This document shows positions 57,939-64,000 of a DNA stretch of 64,000 nt, piece by piece. Under the pieces are notes generated by a model. That model saw nothing but the letters and a program-made list of their open reading frames with translations, ran no database searches and had not been told where the DNA came from. Each line of letters opens with the position of its first letter. Within the stretch, counting starts at the first letter, position 1. The DNA comes from Longimicrobiales bacterium (GTDB lineage Bacteria > Gemmatimonadota > Gemmatimonadetes > Longimicrobiales > Gaopeijiaceae), in the NCBI GenBank assembly GCA_041690395.1, contig JAWLHJ010000006.1, forward strand, positions 102,530-166,529, given 5' to 3'. The translations under genes and the position numbers were made by a program.

Positions 57939-59714
57939 CTACGGCACCGGCACCCAGTCGGTCTGCGCCGTGCCGCCCTTCGTCGACATCACGGTCACCC
58001 GTAGCCGGGTCGTGTCGCCCGTAGACCGCACGACCCAGCTCACCGTCCGGCTCGACGACTCGAGCGCCTCCAGGAACGGGTTCGTCCCCCGCAGGTGCGG
58101 AATCCGGACGCGCGCCTGGCCCTCCTGTACCTCGCCTCCCTCCAGGTCGAGAACGACCCAGGGCGACTCGACGATCTGCTGCGACACGAGCCCGTCCTCG
58201 CCGGGATTCCCGACCACGCCGCGGTCGGTCAGGCTCGTGGGCAGGTAGCCGGTGTTCGCGACCGTGACGTCCACCCGGTAGGCACCGCCGCCGACCGACG
58301 TCACCGTCGGACGGGACACCTCGACCATGGGCGACTGCTCCGCCAGGTACAGGATCCAGTGGAGCTGTTTCTCGGTCTCGGCCTCGAGGAACTCGGGCGG
58401 CGGATTCTGGCCCCAGAACTTGGTGAGCCAGCCGCCGATCTCCACGGCGCCGAGGTCGGGGTGGTCGTACGGCTCCCAGTCCACGAAGTACCGGCCGTCC
58501 AACTCCTCGTCGTTGAAGCGGTGCTCCTCCGCGGCGCTGATCTCCCCGTCGCCGTCGTAGTCGGTGACCCATTCCTCCGGCCCGGGCGAGAACTCCGGCA
58601 CCCATCCGATGATGCCCTGGTCCCAGAACCCCCACGAGATGAGCGTACCGTAGCGGTGCTCCGTGGGATGCGTGGAGCTCGGAATGACGGGACGACCCGT
58701 GGAGCGCGTGTACTCCTCCCCGAGCTCGATGATCAGGGACAGATCCACGTCCGGGAAATCCGGAGGTGACACCGCCGACGGCAGCCTGTAGACGAACCCG
58801 CCCGCCGTGTGGCCGTGCACGATGCCCGTGATGTTCCGGTGGGCGTTGATGAACTCGACCGCGGCGCGCGTCTCCGGCTCGGACAGCGGGAAATCGCCCG
58901 AGCCCGGCTGCAGATGCCACCGCTCCCAGTTCCGCGGATAGTTCCGGTTCATGTCGATGCCGCCGACCCCGTCCTCGTTGATCCGTCCGTCGCCGTCCTC
59001 GTCGATCCCCTCGCGAAGCAGGGCGTACCGCGGGCCGGAAAGCTCATGGTCCTCGTCCTCGATCAAGATGCGCTCGTCCGAGGGATCGACGACCCAGTCG
59101 CCGTCCGGGTCGGGCACGCGCATGTGGGTGATCCACCCGTCTCCGTTCAGGTCCGTCGGAGGATCCTCGTCGGCGAAGCCGTCCTCGTCCTCGTCGATGG
59201 GGCGCGGCGTGCTGCGCATGAACTGGTCGTGGATCAGCACCAGATCCGAGCCGTCCGGGTTGAACTTCGGACGCACGTAAAACGCGCGGGTGTCCAGGAG
59301 ATCCGTGATACGCGGGTCCTCGCCATACCCGTTCAGCAGATGCCCGACGACGTGCGTGGCCACCGAGGAGCCGGTGAGCTCCTGGGCGTGTATCCCCCCG
59401 TCGACGTAAAGAGCAGGCTTCACCGACGCGGGCCCGGTGGCCTCGTTCGTGATCTCCATGACCATGAGCGGCTGACCGAAGATGCTCGTGCCGATGGAAT
59501 ACAGCTCCGTGAGCTCCGGATACAGCTCGTGGAGCTCGGCCAGGAGCTGGTTGGTCTCGGCGGCAGTATAGAAGCGGTTCCAGTCGATCGCTCCGTCGGG
59601 GCCGACGAGGGCGCGTTCCTGGGCGGACGCCTGCGTGGGGCCGGCCACGAGCAGGATCGTGGCGAGCGCGGCGGTGACCAACGCGGCGCCGAGCCGCGAG
59701 AACGTGCGAAGCAT
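57939..59714 (-). CDS. Secreted M14 zinc carboxypeptidase
   Basis: Signal peptide, GIHAQE, NPDG, DMNRNYP, SEPET, HGHT. Confidence 0.9.
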   Translation of the reverse strand: MLRTFSRLGAALVTAALATILLVAGPTQASAQERALVGPDGAIDWNRFYTAAETNQLLAELHELYPELTELYSIGTSIFGQPLMVMEITNEATGPASVKPALYVDGGIHAQELTGSSVATHVVGHLLNGYGEDPRITDLLDTRAFYVRPKFNPDGSDLVLIHDQFMRSTPRPIDEDEDGFADEDPPTDLNGDGWITHMRVPDPDGDWVVDPSDERILIEDEDHELSGPRYALLREGIDEDGDGRINEDGVGGIDMNRNYPRNWERWHLQPGSGDFPLSEPETRAAVEFINAHRNITGIVHGHTAGGFVYRLPSAVSPPDFPDVDLSLIIELGEEYTRSTGRPVIPSSTHPTEHRYGTLISWGFWDQGIIGWVPEFSPGPEEWVTDYDGDGEISAAEEHRFNDEELDGRYFVDWEPYDHPDLGAVEIGGWLTKFWGQNPPPEFLEAETEKQLHWILYLAEQSPMVEVSRPTVTSVGGGAYRVDVTVANTGYLPTSLTDRGVVGNPGEDGLVSQQIVESPWVVLDLEGGEVQEGQARVRIPHLRGTNPFLEALESSSRTVSWVVRSTGDTTRLRVTVMSTKGGTAQTDWVPVP

Positions 59715-59806
59715 CGAGCTGTCTCCTCTCCCTGGACTCCACGATCGGAGTCCGGAGTCTATCTCCCGGTGACCCGCGGCGCACGCCTCGGTCTACGGTG
59801 CACGCC

Positions 59807-61717
59807 TCAGTCCTCGGCCGGCATCTCGTCGCCGAACTGGGCGCGGTAGAGCTCCATGAACGCGGTGCTTCGGCCGAGGAGCTCGTCCCAGCTGCCCTGC
59901 TCGACGACGCGCCCGTCCTTCATGACAAGAATCAGATCGGCGTCGCGGATGGTCGACAGCCTGTGCGCGATGACCAGGAGCGTGCGTCCCCGGGCCCGCT
60001 GCTGGATGGCGCGCGCCACCCTTTGCTCCACCACGCTGTCGAGGGCCGACGTGGCTTCGTCGAGGATGAGGATCTGCGGATCGCGGAGTAGCGCCCGCGC
60101 GAGGGCCACCCGCTGCCGCTGCCCGCCGGAGAGCCTGACGCCCCGGTCGCCCAGCTCGGTGTCGAGCCTGTCGGGGAGCTGGTCGAGAAAGGCGCCCAGC
60201 TCCACGTCGGTGAGCGCCCGCACGAGCTCCTCGTCGGGCACGTCGCGCTCGAGCCCGAACACGAGGTTGTCCCGCAGCGTGCGGTTCAGGAGCCATACGT
60301 CCTGGCTGACGATGGCCATCGCCCGGTGCAGCGACGAGAGCGAGAAGTCCCGGATGTCGGCGTCGTCGAGGAAGATCGACCCCGGCGGGCAGTCGTAGAA
60401 CCGCGCGACCAGATCGGCGAAGGTCGTCTTGCCGGCCCCGCTCTCGCCCACGATGGCGGTCACCTTGCCCGCCCGGATCTCGGTCGAGATATCCTTCAGG
60501 GTGTCTTCGCCCGGCTGGTACCGGAAGGTGAGGCCGCGGACCGAGATGCCCCGGTCGAGCCGCTCGAAGGGCCGTGATCCGCCGGGCACGATGAACTTCC
60601 CGTCGTCCGTGAACAGGTCGCCCAGGGCGTCCAGCTTCGGGACCTCCTCGGCCACCTTCACGCTGAACAGGCTCAGGTACTTGTAGTCGGGCAGCGCCTG
60701 CTGGAGGATCAGCAGGAACGCCCCGAACGCCGCGAGATCACCGGGACGGAAGTCGCCGGCCAGATAGATCACGACGCCCTGCACGATCAACATGACGACG
60801 AGGATCAGGATCTCCTCGAGCGGATACCGCAGGCTCACCACGCGGTCGCGGCGCACGGCCACGTCCTGACGCTGCCTCAGCACCTCGGTGTACGCGTCCG
60901 ACGCCGTCCGCTCCTGCGAGTAGGCCTTCACCAGGGGGATCGACCCGAGGATGTCGAGGATGCGGGACCGCAGCCGCCGATCGACCTCGATGGCCTCCCG
61001 GGAGATCCGCTGAGCCGCGCGGTTGATGACGCGCATGAGCCCGCCCACCACGGGAAGCATGACGATGAAGGCGATGGACAGCGGCAGCGAGATGGCGACC
61101 ATGACGCCGGCCTTCACCACCAGCCCGACCGCGTAGCGGAACAGCTCTTCGGCGGCCTCGAGCAGTCCGAGCACGGCGCTCGACCAGCTGATCTCGGCGT
61201 CGATCCGTCCGATGGAGTTGCGGTCGAAGTACTGGCGCCCGAAGCCGAGCACCCGGCCGAACGTCTCCTCGCCCACGGCCACCCGGTACCGCTCGCTGCG
61301 CGCCACGACGTAGAGCTTGCGCCCGTAGTCCACCACCAGCTTCCCGATGCGCCCCAGGATGACGAGGCCGACCGTGACGACCACCAGGTACGCGTCGCGA
61401 TTGGGGCCGTCCGCGACCGAGTCGGGCAGGAGGAGGGTGATCCACCCGAACACCCTCGAATCGTCCAGGAAGTCGAAGGAGTTCTCGGCCACCGCGTCGG
61501 TGAGCGGGACGAGCAGCGAGAACGAGGCCGCTTCGAACGCGCCGGCGAGGAGCACCAGTACGATGGGGATGACCAGCTCGCGGACCCGCACGCCGGCGAC
61601 ACGCCAGTAGTGGCGGAGCACGCCCATGGCGTCGGGCCGGACGTTCGGCGAGGCATCCAAGCCGACGCTCGGGTCGAAGTCTGCGTCCAGGTGGGCGCTC
61701 GGGATGGCGTTGCTCAT
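59807..61717 (-). CDS. ABC exporter, fused permease-ATPase (MsbA/flippase-like)
   Basis: TM domain, GESGAGKTT, LSGGQRQR, DEATSALD, AHRLST; ATGA overlap with the glycosyltransferase. Confidence 0.9.
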   Translation of the reverse strand: MSNAIPSAHLDADFDPSVGLDASPNVRPDAMGVLRHYWRVAGVRVRELVIPIVLVLLAGAFEAASFSLLVPLTDAVAENSFDFLDDSRVFGWITLLLPDSVADGPNRDAYLVVVTVGLVILGRIGKLVVDYGRKLYVVARSERYRVAVGEETFGRVLGFGRQYFDRNSIGRIDAEISWSSAVLGLLEAAEELFRYAVGLVVKAGVMVAISLPLSIAFIVMLPVVGGLMRVINRAAQRISREAIEVDRRLRSRILDILGSIPLVKAYSQERTASDAYTEVLRQRQDVAVRRDRVVSLRYPLEEILILVVMLIVQGVVIYLAGDFRPGDLAAFGAFLLILQQALPDYKYLSLFSVKVAEEVPKLDALGDLFTDDGKFIVPGGSRPFERLDRGISVRGLTFRYQPGEDTLKDISTEIRAGKVTAIVGESGAGKTTFADLVARFYDCPPGSIFLDDADIRDFSLSSLHRAMAIVSQDVWLLNRTLRDNLVFGLERDVPDEELVRALTDVELGAFLDQLPDRLDTELGDRGVRLSGGQRQRVALARALLRDPQILILDEATSALDSVVEQRVARAIQQRARGRTLLVIAHRLSTIRDADLILVMKDGRVVEQGSWDELLGRSTAFMELYRAQFGDEMPAED

Positions 61718-64000
61718 CGGTCGGCTCCCACCAGGGAACGGAAGAGCGCGGCATAGGCGCGCGCCATGGGCTCGGGGCCGAGGTCGCGGCGCGCGCGGGC
61801 GCGGATCTCCGGAGCGCGTGCCCTCCACTCCGAGCGTTGGTCGACGATTTCGCGGAGCGCAGTGGCCAGGGCCTCCTCGTTCGCTTCGGCCGTCTCGGCG
61901 GGTGGCTCGCGGATGGAGCGGGGGTCCACGGAGAGCGGATCGCCGACGGCGTTCGGGACCAGCCGTCCCCACGCGCCGTCCTCGACCAGCTCTCGGCTAC
62001 CGCCGCAGTCGCTCAGCACGAGGGGGAGCCCCACCCAGGCCGCCTCGGACGCCGCCACGCTCCATCCCTCGAAGAACGAGTTCGACACGTATGCGTCGGC
62101 CGCCGACAGCAGCGCCCCGATATGGCGGACGGGCGGCAGCGCGCGGATGGTGCCGCGCCGGAAGGGACCGGGCGTGGCGCGGCGCACCTCGCGGTAGTAG
62201 CCACGCTCCGACCGTGGTCCCGCGAAGACCAAGGTGGCGGCCGGGACGTCCCGCGCGAGGCGGTCGAACGCCCGTACCAGGCCGGTCATGTTCTTCTGGC
62301 GCGCGAAGCGCCCGTGGTGCACGAACATCGGCGCGTCCGGGTCGAGCCCGAGGCGCGCCCTGGCCCACGAGCGCGGCGCCAGCGCCGCCCGCCCGGGATG
62401 CACCGCGTTCGGGATCACGTGCGGCGTCGGCGCGGAGTCCGTGTGCAGCGCGTGGTACCGCGCCACCAGGTCGCTCACCGCCACGGTGGCGTCCAGCCCG
62501 CACAGCTTGCTCCGCTCACGCGTCCACTCCCGCTCGCCGAACCATGCATACGTGTTCTGCACCGTCTCGACGACCGGGGCCCGCCGTCCGGCCAGCGCGT
62601 CGACCACCTCGAGGTCCGCGAAATGCGTGGATACGACGTCCGGCGACACGTCCGCCATCCAGGCCTGCCAGGCGCGCGACGTGCCGTCCGCCACATAGAC
62701 GGGCACTCCCGCGTCGGCGAGCCGGCGGGCGATCCGCCCTCCCGAGTGCGTGCAGAGCACGTGCGGCACCGCACCCTGCGCCGGCAGGGTACGCGCGAGC
62801 AGCGCCACGATCTCCTCGAGCCCACCGAGGTCCAGAGACCGCACGACGAGCCCAACCCGCAGGGGCTCCGGGGAGCGCTCGCCGGTGTCCGATCCGGATC
62901 GCTCGCCGATGTCCGACCCGGAGCGCATGATCGGTCGCAGCTCCCGCGTGGCCGCCACGGCGTCCAGGAGCGGAGCTCGTTGGCGGATCCGCTGCGCGAC
63001 TCGACGCGCCCGACCCACCGGCCGCTGCAGGGTCTTCACCAGGCTCCGGCGCTCGTCGAGCGCTCTCGACGTGCTCTCGGAGATCGTGTTGTCTCCATGG
63101 ACCCGGTAGTGAACGTCGACCATGCCGGGCTCGAACACCACCCGCGCGCCGCAGAGCTCGACGGCCCGCACGAGGAAGTCCAGGTCGTGCACGTAGCGGA
63201 GGTCCCGGAACCCCCCGAGGGCGCGCCAGAGCGCTCGATGCATGAAGAAGTTGCTCGTCGTCACCGCAAAATTGTGCACGAGCGCCGCGCTTCGGAGCGA
63301 CCGCCGACCCGCGGCCGTCGCCAACGCCTCACGGTACCAGGACACTCCGGGGTGGTCCGCCGGGAGAGAGGCGCCGTCCCCGTCGACCCACCGGACCCCA
63401 CCGACGACCAGCGCGGCGTCGGTGGCTCGCGCCACGCTCCAGGCGTGCTCGAGCCGCTCGGGCGTGAAGCGGTCGTCGGAGTTCAGGATCGCGACGTAGT
63501 CGCCCTCGCTCAACGCGACCGCCCGGTTGATGGTCTCGTGGGCGCCCCGGTTCTCCTGGCGCACGACGCGCACGGCGTCCCACCGGGCCTCGTCGATCAC
63601 GCGCACCGACTCGTCCGTCGATCCGTCGTCGACCACCACGACGTCGCCCGCCGGGAGGGACTGGGCACGCACGCTCGCCAGGGCCTCGCCGATGTAGCGG
63701 ACATGGTTGTACGAGGGGATCACGACCGATATCACGGCCCGGGAGCGCGGCCAACCGCCCGGCCCCCCGGCCCCTGGCGGCAGACGAGCGGCCTGCCCGT
63801 CGCGGACCCGCCCCCCCGTTCGGGCCTGGCCGACCAGGCTCCCCAGGTCACGCATCCTCCGGTTCCAGCTGTTCGCGTCGGAGAAGCGCTCCATGGCCTC
63901 CTGCTCGTCGGCGCTCAGCCCCGACCGGTCCACGCGGCCCACCGCGTCGGAGAACGCGTCCGCCCCGTCGACGAGGGTCACGCCGGGTATCCCGCGTAGC
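61714..64000 (-). CDS. Multidomain glycosyltransferase (GT4 tail-GT2-GT4), partial, open at window end
   Basis: Frame is open to the edge (LRGIPGVTLV...NSWNRR resembles a GT4 C-terminus). GT2 motifs SVVIPSYN, DDGSTD, NSDD. GT4 motifs GGLE, GRFARQKN, SFFEGW..EA. Confidence 0.85.
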   Translation of the reverse strand, partial: LRGIPGVTLVDGADAFSDAVGRVDRSGLSADEQEAMERFSDANSWNRRMRDLGSLVGQARTGGRVRDGQAARLPPGAGGPGGWPRSRAVISVVIPSYNHVRYIGEALASVRAQSLPAGDVVVVDDGSTDESVRVIDEARWDAVRVVRQENRGAHETINRAVALSEGDYVAILNSDDRFTPERLEHAWSVARATDAALVVGGVRWVDGDGASLPADHPGVSWYREALATAAGRRSLRSAALVHNFAVTTSNFFMHRALWRALGGFRDLRYVHDLDFLVRAVELCGARVVFEPGMVDVHYRVHGDNTISESTSRALDERRSLVKTLQRPVGRARRVAQRIRQRAPLLDAVAATRELRPIMRSGSDIGERSGSDTGERSPEPLRVGLVVRSLDLGGLEEIVALLARTLPAQGAVPHVLCTHSGGRIARRLADAGVPVYVADGTSRAWQAWMADVSPDVVSTHFADLEVVDALAGRRAPVVETVQNTYAWFGEREWTRERSKLCGLDATVAVSDLVARYHALHTDSAPTPHVIPNAVHPGRAALAPRSWARARLGLDPDAPMFVHHGRFARQKNMTGLVRAFDRLARDVPAATLVFAGPRSERGYYREVRRATPGPFRRGTIRALPPVRHIGALLSAADAYVSNSFFEGWSVAASEAAWVGLPLVLSDCGGSRELVEDGAWGRLVPNAVGDPLSVDPRSIREPPAETAEANEEALATALREIVDQRSEWRARAPEIRARARRDLGPEPMARAYAALFRSLVGADR

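Overview
High-GC bacterial chromosomal window, densely coding and mostly on the minus strand. Gene content is consistent with Gemmatimonadota (inference only). From left to right it holds: TRAP dctM/dctQ, a FabG-like SDR, a complete phosphate cluster (phoB-phoR-pstSCAB-phoU), a short LeuA-family enzyme, a TonB-dependent receptor plus an FN3/beta-helix lipoprotein, a nucleotidyltransferase, a SIMPL/DUF1499/DUF445 operon, a transglutaminase-ABC module, a fadD-cutA-TPR-macrodomain operon, and a pterin operon (PTPS-folE-SDR-Trm112-like). These are followed by a two-armed MITE/REP-like element, a probable 6S RNA, nfo, fumC, two SDRs, trxB and a ferredoxin-NADP reductase, an AI-2E transporter, mlaEFD, a site-2 protease, rho, gdx/sugE under a guanidine-II riboswitch, a DAK2-DegV fusion, thyX, an Omp85-like protein, glycosyltransferases, an M14 peptidase and an ABC exporter. 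The most notable observation is that the pstS upstream region and the TonB-receptor/lipoprotein upstream region share an identical architecture (CGTTACG-N4-CGTTACA-N31-TAnnnT). This suggests a PhoB-controlled outer-membrane uptake system of unknown substrate. No CRISPR array, rRNA, tRNA or transposase gene was recognised. Start codons were picked by eye and may differ from the ORF track.
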